From assembly GCA_047495785.1 (NCBI GenBank), contig JBLDXI010000012.1:248001-312000 (forward strand): DNA of 64,000 bases, read 5' to 3'. How positions within the stretch are numbered: the stretch's first letter is position 1; every line of letters starts with the position of its first letter. This DNA is from Lepidodermella squamata. Taxonomy: Eukaryota; Animalia; Gastrotricha. Shown here one piece after another: positions 21,544 to 33,795 of this stretch. The position numbers were made by a program, and so were the translations under genes. The notes under the pieces are model-generated. The model had not been told where the DNA came from, did not search any database, and saw only the letters and a program-made list of their open reading frames with translations.

Positions 21544-22229
21544 TTTAACCACACATCCATGAATTTAGTCTCAATTTCACGCTGCGTTTTTTATACTAAT
21601 ATCGAGTAAATGATGTCATTTCGCCGTATTTTGTGTAAGTGGAGATGTTCGAAATGAAAGTAAATTGTCTGGCAAGCAGATTACTTCGTTGATTTGACGC
21701 GGGTGGGGCTGCTGCTTGACCTAAATTGGTTGTTGATGAAATGAAAATAAAACGCATGCACTCGGTTGGTCTGCGCCGATTGTAAAAATAAACTGATTTA
21801 CGTTGAATATTAATCACTTGAGTCACTTAGTCATGATTATACGACGTCAGAGCCAAATTTATCTCCCACCCGGAGATCTTGAAAACTGAAATTTTCTCCT
21901 GTTAATCCAAATAGGATTTGTTTGTCTTTTTCATCGCCTGCTTGTTGTTTTGACCTTAGAAAGGAGAGAGTTGAGCTGTGATATTTTGCACCTATATCGT
22001 TTACATCAGACGTCGAGAGATATCGGCCGTGACTCCCCTATTTCTGCTGACGCTGGGAATACATACAATGAGGAATCCTTATGTCCTGATGTCCTTAGTA
22101 AATATCCTAATGTCGCTCTTCCCCCACACCCCGCCTTGTCAAACGATATTTTATTTATACGAAAACAATGTCATCTGAAAATAGAAAATATTTTAAGACG
22201 ATACGTTTCAACCTTGTATTCTCGCCAAA

Positions 22230-22502
22230 ATGATCATTGGAACTGCATGCATTGCGCTTTTGCTTTGTTTCGCGATGTTCGCGAACGCTGGCATCGATTT
22301 AACTGGAGTCAATCGCTACCGAAGGTTCGGTTTGACATCTTACATTCAGCAGCAACATCTCATGGCAGGCAAGAAAACTCCACCGCCGCATAACGAAGGG
22401 CCGAAAGAGCGATTTTACAACAATATTAGAGCGAACTGGCAAGTCCCGGCCACTCAAGGACACGTGGTCAAAAGAGACTATTTTTACCCTCTCACGAGGT
22501 GA
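22230..22502 (+). CDS. Small secreted prepropeptide-like protein (90 aa)
   Basis: Signal peptide ending ..FANA, RR, GKK and KR sites, terminal peptide DYFYPLTR. Confidence 0.78.
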   Translation: MIIGTACIALLLCFAMFANAGIDLTGVNRYRRFGLTSYIQQQHLMAGKKTPPPHNEGPKERFYNNIRANWQVPATQGHVVKRDYFYPLTR

Positions 22503-22526
22503 CAAAAATATCCTATCTTTTATAAG

Positions 22527-24226
22527 GGGTCTAAATAAGTGCACCACCTAAAATAAGGTTCCAGCACTAAATTTGAGAGTGCGTTTACCTAATTTACAAA
22601 CAGCTCTCACTAAATCATTTGGGCACCTAAATATGAGTTCCAGCACTAAATATCAGCATTCAGTGCCTATTACTGCTGTTAAGCCCAGGCGAGGCTCTCA
22701 GGCATTCTCAACCACGCGCCTGACAACTGCCTAGGATTTCACCGTATTCCGTATTCCGTATTAGACGTGGCAGCTCAAGCCACTTTTATAGTGCTGTAAG
22801 GTAGGGATGGGTTTAGCGGATGGGTTTAGCGGATATGATGCGCTCGCGATTTTAGGCTCGCTTGCATAATTAAGAGCAATGCGGACTTAAAAATAATGCA
22901 TATTATGCAAATGAGCCATGATGTTGAGATTAGCAGGGTGGGTACCTTTATGATTCACTCTTTTCATTGGGAATCGTTAATTTGCTCACTGCCGACAACT
23001 TTGCTCCGGAACGCCGCCATTAGCTTTTTACACGGGACCATCATGGTCATGAGACGAATCAGGACGCGGCGCCTCGATTTAGATGCCTGATTTTTGTGTT
23101 ATTATTTAATAAGGTCCAAAGGTCGTTGTGGCCAAAAATAACCTCATTAGCAGCGATCGTTATTTTTCTTCTGCGACCAGCAAAAAATCCCATTCATGAA
23201 AATCACGTATTTACGCAAAGATCAGTTTTTTGCAGTGGCCTGAAGATCTCGATCTTAAAGAAAACGGCGGGGTCGCGAAAAGATCGGTTATTTTGTTTCA
23301 ATTATAATTTTTACTATCGATGGCAAATTAATTTTATATTCAATAAAAAATTTGCCATCGAAAGTAATTATTATGCACACTTACGCTAAACACGTCACGT
23401 GATTTTTTGCGCAAACCCGGATAACGGGAGCTTCGAAGCCGCTGCGTCCTGGTACGTCTCATGATCATGGTGGGACCCTTAGTGGTAGTATGGACTGTAT
23501 TTCGGTGGCAGTATGGGCTTTTTCCGAAATTTTGAAACTTATCAGCTTCGAGATTTTAAGCTTTTAATTTCAAGCTAATTGAGACGTGAGAATCTCTATC
23601 ATCGCAGTCATTGTTTGAAGGTTAGGTGTTGCGCAATAATGGTCACAGTCAGCTTTCACCTTTTGAAACGGATAGGATAGAGATAGGACTGAAAGGTTTT
23701 GCCACGTGTCGTTTCAGTAGGAGGTGAGTGGCTAGTAGCGAAGACTAAAACAGCTATTGGCCCATGACTAAGTTAGACTAATGCGTCCCTTCTGAAAGAG
23801 GCCCTCCCAACGTAACTTTGATTTCACCATCCTGCCTTATTTGCATATTTCTTACGGCCTGGCAAACTTTTGACCTTTGACCTACAAGTGATGTCTCCTG
23901 CTTGGGATTACATTACAACCAAATTTGTAGTGTTTAAGTGTGAAAAAGCAAGTTTTTATGGTTGATTGATCTTGCTTGGGGATAGGAGATAGAGAATAGG
24001 GCCCAGGTCGATTGGCTGATCCTGGAAGTGCCTGCTCTCCAGCGGCCTCGCTAGTGCGGCATGATGGCACTCCTATTCAAGAATTAGGTGGTGGATTTGT
24101 ATATTTAGTGTTGGAGTTGCTTATTTAGTGTTAAATGGGATTAGTGAGAACGACTTTCAAATTTAGTGCTGGAGCTCTAAATTTAGTGCTGGAGTCTTTA
24201 TTTTAGTAGGTGCAGTTGGCACACCC
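22527..24226. mobile_element. Non-autonomous DNA transposon, Mutator/MULE-like, 1.7 kb
   Basis: Ends GGGT...ACCC flanked by a 9-bp direct repeat TTTTATAAG (22518-22526, 24227-24235); ~130 bp imperfect inverted termini built from CCAGCACTAAAT / ATTTAGTGCTGG subrepeats; no transposase ORF. Confidence 0.75.
23031..23480. mobile_element. MITE-like element nested in the 1.7 kb transposon
   Basis: ~45 bp imperfect inverted repeats (GGGACCATCATGGTCATGAGACGAATCAGGACGCGGCG vs CGCTGCGTCCTGGTACGTCTCATGATCATGGTGGGACCC); target-site duplication unclear. Confidence 0.6.
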
Positions 24227-24513
24227 TTTTATAAGGTTAAATACGCCTCTGGTGGGCAGACATACTATTACTTCGCTCCTCCCCCGAATCTAGGCGTCTA
24301 TTTTCTGAATAAAATTCATATGAGTTTAGTTTTCTTTTAAGTGTCTATTAGACTGCTTTGATTCATGAACAGGGGCGATCCGCTGCGTTTTCGATCGGCA
24401 CTTGAAAAGCGCCGCAGAATAATACATCTCCACTCCTCCCCCGGATAAAATCTAATTTCGAACCGCAGATGATTTCTTCTCGCCATTTGCCAATAAACTG
24501 ATCCTATAGAAAG

Positions 24514-24840
24514 ATGCGAGCCTTAATCATTGTATCAGCTGTGAGCTTCGTAATTTTGCTGGTCGCTTTGGCCCCGGCCATGGCGAATAGCAAGCTAGAC
24601 CCTATGCAAATCAGAGAACTTCACGCTGGTATGCGGCGACAACGAGCGGAACAAGCCGCCGCGGAGTTGGCAGCACGGAAACTGCAAGCTGAAGCTGAAG
24701 CTCGTGAGTTGCAGATTCTCGAGGCTCAGAGAAACGCGCAGAAATGGTTCAACCTGTGGAAGAAAATGCAAAAGTCTGTTGCGGACGATTATGAAGATGA
24801 CCACGGCGACACAGAAAGTGCGGAAGAATACGATGTCTAA
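24514..24840 (+). CDS. Small secreted helical protein (108 aa), probable paralog of 28974-29321
   Basis: Signal peptide ending ..PAMA; DPxxIRxxHxxMRxxRAxQAxAxL motif and acidic tail shared with the paralog. Confidence 0.8.
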   Translation: MRALIIVSAVSFVILLVALAPAMANSKLDPMQIRELHAGMRRQRAEQAAAELAARKLQAEAEARELQILEAQRNAQKWFNLWKKMQKSVADDYEDDHGDTESAEEYDV

Positions 24841-25234
24841 CCTGTTCTGACATTGGCGCCGCCAACTTTTTTATTACATCCTGTTTTTCGTTCGCTATCC
24901 TTAATTAGCCTTAGTATTATAAGTTAATCGATGTCCATCCATGTCAGGTCCACTAATTGTCGGCTAGTTGAAAATTGTCTGTGCGATTTTCCAATAAAGA
25001 ATCGACTATTTATTATTGTGTTTTCTAACGTGAGAATGAAATAGTTTGCACGCATTTTTATCTGTTCGATGGACGTGTTTTATTGAGGCTTACTGACTCA
25101 GTTCCGCCACGGATAACTCCGCGTGTCGAGATAAGAAGCCGGCAGCGATAAAAGTAGCCCGTGCAACTACAGTTAGTTCCTTAACCACGACTATTCGCTG
25201 CTTGACCATTAGGGATACAAATTTCACGCTAACT

Positions 25235-26250
25235 ATGGACGACTCTGAGTCGGCGGAAGTTACAGTTTTAGTGGCGGACAGAAAATCAAACCCCGATGTC
25301 GCACATCTGACTGAGGATTCATCGAACAAAGAAAATGATGGGGTAATTGTCTTTACTTGTCTCAAATATTAACCATTTATGATGTATATATGCAGGAAGC
25401 CTCTTCAGACCCAATTCTGAATCCACCGGCGGACAATGATGAAGCTGCATCTCCTGGCAAGGCTGCAGAAACATCGAAAATAGATACTCAAAAATCCGAT
25501 GATCAGCTGGAGAAAGAGCTGGAAGTTGCTTTGAAAGAGTTGAACGCAAGCATGCTCAGTGCAACAGTGCCTTTATTTATGAGAATATCTCAAGATGTGA
25601 CGGATACCCTCAACCCTCCTGCGGATTTATCCCTCATTTCAACAGTACCTTTGATGAATCGGGCAAATGGAACAAGAGGCCAAAAAGAGAAAAAGACAAG
25701 GCGCACGAAAAACTCAGTTCGAAGACCATCGGGTGTTCCTGATAAATCAACTGAGGAGGAGCGCTTACTCGCCGAGGTGAAAGAAAAGCTCAGGCGGAAA
25801 AATAAGTTCGTAGAAGTTGTGCCAGACCAAGTCGACGAACCGCTTGAGTCGGAGAGTGAGGCCGAATCTACCGATACTGGTGACGACGCGAGATCGAGGA
25901 ACTCATCAAGTTCATCAACCCTAACTTCAGCAGCGTCCTCTGAAGAAAGGTCAATACCGTTAGGTGAAGGAGAATATGGCATGAAAGTCGGCCTTATTCG
26001 ACCCATTTTGATTTCGGGTGGTATCGGTACGATGTCGAGTACGGAATCAGCCAACTCGAAGTCTCGACGGAATAAACTCATCGGCTCTTGTGCTGATGAT
26101 GCTGAAAGTGATGCGAGCGGCGGCGAAGAAATCAAGCTGCATCGTGGTGCCAGAACTTCTTCAATCGAACAACTTCGAAGCAAGCGGAACAGCAAAAGCA
26201 GCCTCGGCAGCAAGGGTGTTAGGAAGAAAAGTTTTTGCTGCTGTTCTTGA
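25235..26250 (+). CDS. Uncharacterised low-complexity S/E/K-rich protein with polybasic plus CCCS C-terminus (spliced; 5' end uncertain)
   Basis: ATG 25235, phase-0 GT-AG intron 25343-25395 joins the long ORF in frame; frame is open upstream to ~25097 so further exons are possible; ends VRKKSFCCCS. Confidence 0.65.
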
Positions 26251-27854
26251 TCTCTCAACGTGACTTATTTTAGGCAAATTTTCTTAATTTTTTGCTCTTA
26301 TATCGACGATTCTTCGACGGCAGATCCGTTGAGCGTGTGATTTTCTGTGTTGTACATGCCCTAGGCTCTATGAATTTTATAAAATGCAAATGCAAGTTAT
26401 TCCCCCATTGCTATTTTCTGCTTTAATTTCAGTTACATCACGTCTACAAACAACATTAATGTTTTCTCTTTCCGCGCAGGAAGGTAGAAAATGAGTTTTG
26501 ACAACGTGGTAAAGCAGTGACAGGTACGTGCCTAATATCCTGAGACAATGTGTAGCTGTAAGTGTAGGATGGTAAAAACTGCCTAGAAAAAATGTGGATT
26601 GACAGCAAACAAAAGGAGTGATTTGTACGGGCTAACCAATGTACCCAGTTATTGAGATAATCAAATTTTAACTTTTATGAATTAGCACAATTTAATTTAA
26701 AGAGCGACTGAGCAGTTGGGGACTATGCCAGTCCGTTCTATCAATTACTGTTGGTTGCGCAAAAAACCGAATGTGCGTTGTGCCTGGAGTGATTCACCTG
26801 TGTCAGAATGTAGGTCACCCCCGTAACCTGGTACGGATGCTAGCAGTATTGGATTTGGAAAAAAATTAAAAAATCCCAAATTATGGGCGTGAAAGATTGA
26901 TTTTCTGTGAGTTGAAATGTAGTACACCTGGAATCAGAAAAGTCGCTATAAGGCTTCCGTTTTCGACCAAGCTTGCCCGTTGGCCACATTGGGTGTCCAA
27001 ACCAGAATCCTGATTTTGTACGAGGAATTCGACAAATCTGGGGGTATTCATGGATCATGTTTGATGATTCATCAGACGCTCTGAGAAAAAAATAATCAAC
27101 CGCCATAACTTATACCTATATCAAATTCGAAGAATTTGTCTTAGGCTACCCTTTGTTTCAGGTCATTGTCATGTTCATTGTTGACATTGCAAGAATTGGT
27201 TGATTTAAGACATCCCTGTTTGCGAGGGCGAAATTGAATATTTAAAAAAAACACTGTTCCATTGTGGAAAACTCTGCGCACAGTTGCTAGCTATTAAATG
27301 AATGCGAAAAGGAACAGACATTTCGTCACTGCGTCACGTTCCAAAACTTCAATCTCAGCGAGCATTAATGGATGTAATGCGTGGGATAATAAACACAAGT
27401 TGAAGTAATTATCGCTCTTAAGTTTATTAATTGATTCGATCAATCAGGTATCATGCATCGCTGGCTAAATGTCGTTTTCTTGCCTTCATCACCTGGATTT
27501 AGCTGTCAGTGTTACCGGACGCGGGCGTGATACATCGGTCGATAAATTAAATGCACGTCTGCGAAGGGCCCAAAGTGCCAGTTTCGTGCCCTAGTCTATG
27601 ACGATATGACGATCCTTTGCAGTATGATGCAATATTTTTGCAAGTGGCAATTATCTTGCGTGGAAAATATGAACTTATTGACCTTCGCATGTTTAGTGAT
27701 TCGCTAAATGGGCGCAATGTTTCAGCCACGTTCAATTAGCATCACTCTTCATGGGCGAGCGTTCTCAACCTACATAGGATATAAGGTAGGCTTGATTCAT
27801 TCAGAATTTACATTTCATTTACTTCAGTTTTGATTGACTCAAAGCTTATCAACT

Positions 27855-28214
27855 ATGGTCTACAACTACTCTGCTATCGTCATTTTATCGCTTGCGATCA
27901 TTTTCATCACTACTGATGGCTATCCGATCCGAAAGTTGGTTGATTCATCTGGGGAAGATTCTTTCCCGATGTTCATGCTAGAGAACGCGCCTCGGGCGGA
28001 GCAAGCCGCCGCATCTGCTGGACCTTCGCCAACTCCAAGTACCGGTCATGCTTCAACTGGAGACCACCCAGCTAACCTGAGGAGCTCAGACCTATTCTCG
28101 CCCAGAGGTCCGTTGGATCTTCTGAACCAGCCAGGCGCTTCTCCGACCGTGAAAATGTCCTACTTGAATGGAGAACTTGCACCGTTACATTCTTACATTA
28201 TTTTCCGTGAATAA
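27855..28214 (+). CDS. Small secreted protein (~119 aa)
   Basis: First ATG at 27855, signal peptide ending ..TTDG, TATA-like TATAAG near 27780. Confidence 0.75.
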   Translation: MVYNYSAIVILSLAIIFITTDGYPIRKLVDSSGEDSFPMFMLENAPRAEQAAASAGPSPTPSTGHASTGDHPANLRSSDLFSPRGPLDLLNQPGASPTVKMSYLNGELAPLHSYIIFRE

Positions 28215-28973
28215 TTTGAAAAATCACTCATAGATGGAAGAAATTTGTATGCTGATAGATGAAGGGTTATGTGGAACATAAACTTCAAATGAATTCGCCT
28301 GCATGCTGTATTGCTTTCAGTTGTTAATAACAAATATTCTGTGAATACCCATCTCCCTAAAATTTTCTGCAAAATCGTCACTGTTTTTAAATAAAAGCAC
28401 CCTAAATTGAAGAATAGTATTTACTGGCTTTTATCAGTTCTATTCCATCGCTGGGGAATTAATTGTTGATGTTATATTATTTGGAACTTTTTCTCAAGTC
28501 CATTTGTAGTTCAAGATTCATTTAGAATAATATTTAGTAATTTGTCTTGACCATTATCTATATATATCTAAGCACGTGACTTCGATCTTGAATACGATTA
28601 TAAAATTTAGTTTAAGGTAATTTGACTCAGATCACTCGCAGTGTCTTAAACGTCAATAAAATCACATGGCATTTCAATCATCCAAAAATAAATGGCGCCT
28701 ATAGTCACATGGAAGTTTCTTGAAGCTGCGCACATTTTAATTTTGTCTCTCGCTGAAGCCCGATTAAAATAGAAAATAGGCGGAAGTTCGCAAAAATGCT
28801 TGACAGGAAATCCTAATCTGAAGGTGCAGACAAGCACGTTATATTTTTGGGTCGAATTTCGACGTTCTTAGATTCAGTCGTGTTCCAACTTCGTGCTCTC
28901 CCATCCAGCTCAAACGAAGCCAAAAAGAACAATCCATAAGTTTATTTCATATTATTTTAGAACTCTCATAAAC

Positions 28974-29321
28974 ATGGCTCTTTTAAGTGCTATCACTTGT
29001 ATGGGCCTCATTTTCATTTCGCTCGAATTGGCTTGGAGCCGCCCGCAAGGTTTCGACCCAGTCGCTGTACGAGCGTTTCATCAAGAATTAAGAAAGTCCC
29101 GTGCGCTGCAAGCTATGGCCCAACTTTGGCAAGAAAGCCAGCAGCAGGCGCCAATGGTGGAACCCGAGACGCCTCATCCTGCAAACGTTACAGATCAACC
29201 TGAACCGGGACAACATGGTGCATTAGACCAGGAAGATTCGCATGAAGATGCCAGCAACACTTCACGCCATGAGGACGATGACTATCACAACGATCTTGAG
29301 GAAGGCGTTGTTATTTTGTAA
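28974..29321 (+). CDS. Small secreted protein (~115 aa), probable paralog of 24514-24840
   Basis: First ATG at 28974, signal peptide ending ..LAWS, DPVAVRAFHQELRKSRALQAMAQL, acidic tail, AATAAA downstream. Confidence 0.8.
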   Translation: MALLSAITCMGLIFISLELAWSRPQGFDPVAVRAFHQELRKSRALQAMAQLWQESQQQAPMVEPETPHPANVTDQPEPGQHGALDQEDSHEDASNTSRHEDDDYHNDLEEGVVIL

Positions 29322-29655
29322 ATTCAGTTCTGCGTTCCCCTAATATATTGTTGACGGTGAATTTCACGACTATCGTCATGAAAATAATAAATTTATATAT
29401 CAGCTGTTTCCAAATAAAATAAGTAAACGTGCGTGACTGACCGATCGATTTTCACCCCGGCTAATTTTCTCGGTCATCCTCCGGAAAATTCGGATGATGT
29501 TGATTTTATATTGCGGGCGAGATTTAGCGCATTTTTCAAAATAATTATCAGATTTAGGCGCATGCATGGCTGACTTGAGTGATTGGTGAAACGACCTGCT
29601 CTATTTTTCTTGATAAATTTGGCTTCGAACGTCTAAAATCTGAATTTAAAATATC

Positions 29656-29940
29656 ATGTTGCTAATTTTTCGGACAATTTTCCTAGTTATTGTCGTTTTC
29701 ACCTTCGCCCTGGTTCATCTACCCAATGTGCGATGCGCTCCAAATAAATATTTAGGGTTTATTAGCGCTGGCACCGATTTTTCAGTCATCCCGCCGCCGA
29801 AGTTAGTGATAACCAATAAGCGTCATTATGTCAAGAGTCAAAAAATCGGGTTAAATCGAGCGATCAACAACGCCAAGTATGACTACATGCTGTTGCAGAA
29901 TGCCCGCCATCTACTCAACCATCGATTCAATTTGGTGTGA
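29656..29940 (+). CDS. Small secreted prepropeptide-like protein (94 aa)
   Basis: Signal peptide ending ..NVRC, KR site. Confidence 0.75.
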   Translation: MLLIFRTIFLVIVVFTFALVHLPNVRCAPNKYLGFISAGTDFSVIPPPKLVITNKRHYVKSQKIGLNRAINNAKYDYMLLQNARHLLNHRFNLV

Positions 29941-30668
29941 CATTTCAAAGTTTATAGACGGTTTTTGATGTAAATTGATATGATTAATATGTAAAATCGT
30001 CCGTTATTTGTCGCCTTGAGTTAACGATTAGCGGAATTATTAAAAAATAATTTATTTCAAGTTTAAATGTGTGCCAATGTGTGTGTTTGCAGTAAAATAT
30101 CCTTTGTAAATGAAGTAAACAGAACTGAAAAAAATACTGCACTTCGAAAAAGTGAGCGTCATCCCGAGGCACACAGCGTGGCTGATTAGGGTGGCTATGT
30201 GGCACCTTTCCATGGCTGATTAGAAATGTGACGTCAACAGCTCAATTGTTTGCATGCCTCTTATTTTTCGTCTTGAAAAGCTAAAAAAAATAGTGCCAAC
30301 CCAGGAAGTCATGTTGTTTTATCCAGTGTAAATACGTCATTTTGGGCACGACACTTTCCTCAAATAATATCGATGAGATAATGAGATACATCAGTCGAAA
30401 AGGCACTGTATGGGACAAAATTATCTCGTTTGATTGCGGAGAAAATGCGCGGTAATTATTCGGCCGGAAACGACGAAAAACTGCTACGAAAATTGAATTT
30501 AGAATTACACAGATTCAAGTCACTACCACAGGAAGCGAATTGCCAGTTCTTGTGACCGATTGCGCGTGAAAACCAGGACCGTACTGACGAAATTTAAACG
30601 TTGAAACAGTAATAACCACTAATCGCCATTTTTTCATTCCGATTTCAAGAAGCTGTCCTCCCCGAATA

Positions 30669-30926
30669 ATGGCTCGTTTACTATTAGCCCTTTTGGTCAT
30701 AGCCGCTATGTTGGTGGCAGTTTTTGCGCTCGAAGCTCAATGGTCTAGCGGTCTTCAGCTGCCTATGGGGAGAGTAGTCAGACCAGGTGATAAATCGAAT
30801 AAAGGCAACACTATGGCGCTGATTCAACGCCTGCTTGAGATGCAGCAGCGGGAGGAACAGCAACGAAAAGAACTGCAAGGAATTTTGAATGGCAAAACTC
30901 GGCATTTCGATTCATTCGCCATCTAA
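30669..30926 (+). CDS. Small secreted peptide precursor (85 aa) with amphipathic helix ending in GK
   Basis: Signal peptide ending ..ALEA, helix MALIQRLLEMQQREEQQRKELQGILN followed by GK; AATAAA near 30975. Confidence 0.78.
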   Translation: MARLLLALLVIAAMLVAVFALEAQWSSGLQLPMGRVVRPGDKSNKGNTMALIQRLLEMQQREEQQRKELQGILNGKTRHFDSFAI

Positions 30927-31056
30927 TTCTTTAAAACATCTGTCACTATTTTTAATTATTTCGAGAAAAATTTAAATAAACGGTTCGCATCACAGCGAGC
31001 ATTTCTATTTTTGAGTCTACGTTTTTAGGGTGACAAACACTGTTGCAACAACTTGT

Positions 31057-31072
31057 GGCCCTGAAAAGGGCC
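31057..31072 (-). promoter_or_regulatory. Histone 3' UTR stem-loop (H4)
   Basis: GGCCCTTTTCAGGGCC on the minus strand ~55 nt after the H4 stop. Confidence 0.95.
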
Positions 31073-31127
31073 GGTTAGTAGTCGAGAGCTGATGGTGAGA
31101 GCTGTAGTCGAAATTGCAGGTGACCGC

Positions 31128-32113
<986 letters not shown>

Positions 32114-32145
32114 GCGACTGGTTCACTAAAAAACCAACACCGACC

Positions 32146-32161
32146 GGCCCTTTTCAGGGCC
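32146..32161 (+). promoter_or_regulatory. Histone 3' UTR stem-loop (H3)
   Basis: GGCCCTTTTCAGGGCC. Confidence 0.95.
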
Positions 32162-32479
32162 ACAAGTTATTGCAACAGTGTTGACTTCAATTGAGTAATG
32201 TGATTGAAATAAATAAATACCGTTTGTCGACAAGAAATACCGTTGAATTGGCGTAATTTGACAGGGAAATAAAATTCATTTGTTAAGGATGACTGCCGAG
32301 ATGAAGAATATCGTAGCTGATCGTGAACAGAACAAAAACTTTTCAAATATCGGAATCATCGTTGCTAGTGACAGTCCAGCCTGGTGATGACATAAAACGG
32401 ACCAAAATATGTGAGCGGAAGCTTATTCGGAACAAATAATTTGATAGCGAAGAACAATTTGGGTCTCTCCCGGCCTCAA

Positions 32480-32840
32480 AACCTTCTCGAATAATAGCCC
32501 CAAAAATCAGCTTAAATATTTGGTCCAAAGTAGCCCGCTTTGAATAATAGGCCTATGATCAGCTTATGGATAGAATGGGGAAGGTGGCTAGCGTTCAAAA
32601 AGATGTTAAGGAAAAAACAGAAGAAATCTATGGAAACGATGACGATAGCGACAGTGAATATCGGAGCGAATCGGTTACAGCGACGCAGATGAGAATGTTT
32701 CATCTGATGATGGGACGTTTAGGATAGATAGGTAAGCCTGCCTTGATTAAAAGCCCCCTCGAATAATAGCCCGATTTTCCCCATATTTTTCGAGTTTGGA
32801 AACATATAATATTCCATATATTATTCGATAAAATCCGGTA
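32480..32840. repeat. Degenerate TIR-element remnant between H3 and H2B
   Basis: GAATAATAG(C/G)CC at ~32489, ~32542 and ~32761 plus an inverted partial copy TATTATTCG ending ..CCGGTA at 32840; left terminus not recognisable. Confidence 0.4.
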
Positions 32841-33363
32841 ACTTAACTCTAAATTTGATTTAATTTTTGAGGGCCACTTTTCCTATTCCGAGGCCTAAAT
32901 GATCAACATGCTATACATGGGGTAATTTCAATTTCATTTGTGATTTCAGCTCGGAATAACCTAGAAAGCTTTTCTTGAACTGCCAAGGTTTCTGCATGCC
33001 TTTATTCATTTTTCGATATTCTATTTTCCGATATTTTTTCTTCATGGAATTTTTATTGTGGGTTTAATTTCACCTTCATCGAGCGAAATCACAGTGAAGT
33101 TATTGGCAACCACGGGAAGAGAAATGTTGATAATAACTGTGGCTCATTAATGTTCTGCTGATCAATTGTGGCAAAATTTGCACGAAATCATCAGGATTGG
33201 AAATAGGAAAAGAAAACAAAATGTATTTTTTCGATCACTGTTTCCTATCGTAAAGAAAGCAAAAAGCCTTCTATTTCATTCTATTGCAGCAGATTTGTTC
33301 CATTTTATTTCTTTATTCAACATTTTCCTTCAAATAATTTTAAACACTGTTGCAACAACTTGT

Positions 33364-33379
33364 GGCCCTGAAAAGGGCC
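33364..33379 (-). promoter_or_regulatory. Histone 3' UTR stem-loop (H2B)
   Basis: GGCCCTTTTCAGGGCC on the minus strand. Confidence 0.95.
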
Positions 33380-33420
33380 GGTTCGGAGTCAGAAGACGGT
33401 GTTGATGTCTTCGAAGCAGC

Positions 33421-33795
33421 TTATTTCGAGCTGGTGTACTTGGTGACGGCCTTGGTGCCTTCCGAGACGGCGTGCTTGGCGAGCTCACCAGGCAGCAGGA
33501 GACGCACAGCCGTTTGTACCTCTCGACTGCTGATGGTGGCCTTCTTGTTGTAGTGGGCCAGGCGCGACGACTCGAGGGCGATGCGCTCGAAGATGTCGTT
33601 GACGAACGAGTTCATGATGGCCATGGCCTTGCCGGAGATGCCGGTGTCAGGGTGAACCTGTTTCAGCACCTTGTAGATGTAGATGTTGTACGACTCGCGG
33701 CGGCGATGGCGCTTCTTCTTCTCGCCGGCGGTCTTCGGCTTCGCGGCCTTCTTCGAACCCTTCGACGCGACTTTACCAGTAACTTTGGGCGACAT
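33421..33795 (-). CDS. H2B: Histone H2B
   Basis: Histone fold [37 protein letters not shown], intronless. Confidence 0.99.
   Translation of the reverse strand: MSPKVTGKVASKGSKKAAKPKTAGEKKKRHRRRESYNIYIYKVLKQVHPDTGISGKAMAIMNSFVNDIFERIALESSRLAHYNKKATISSREVQTAVRLLLPGELAKHAVSEGTKAVTKYTSSK

Noticed and set aside
21950-22393. 147 aa and 66 aa ORFs upstream of and overlapping the 22230 peptide gene
   Set aside because: Non-ATG starts and no recognisable features; the 22230 frame has the clear signal peptide
22540-24210. CRISPR-like or satellite interpretation of the CCAGCACTAAAT repeats
   Set aside because: Eukaryotic context, irregular spacing and mirror orientation at the two ends fit transposon subterminal repeats
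25590-26258. 222 aa minus-strand ORF
   Set aside because: Antisense shadow of the Ser-rich plus-strand gene; non-ATG start
26550-27200. Possible decayed transposon fragment
   Set aside because: No terminal repeats or target duplication could be defined by eye
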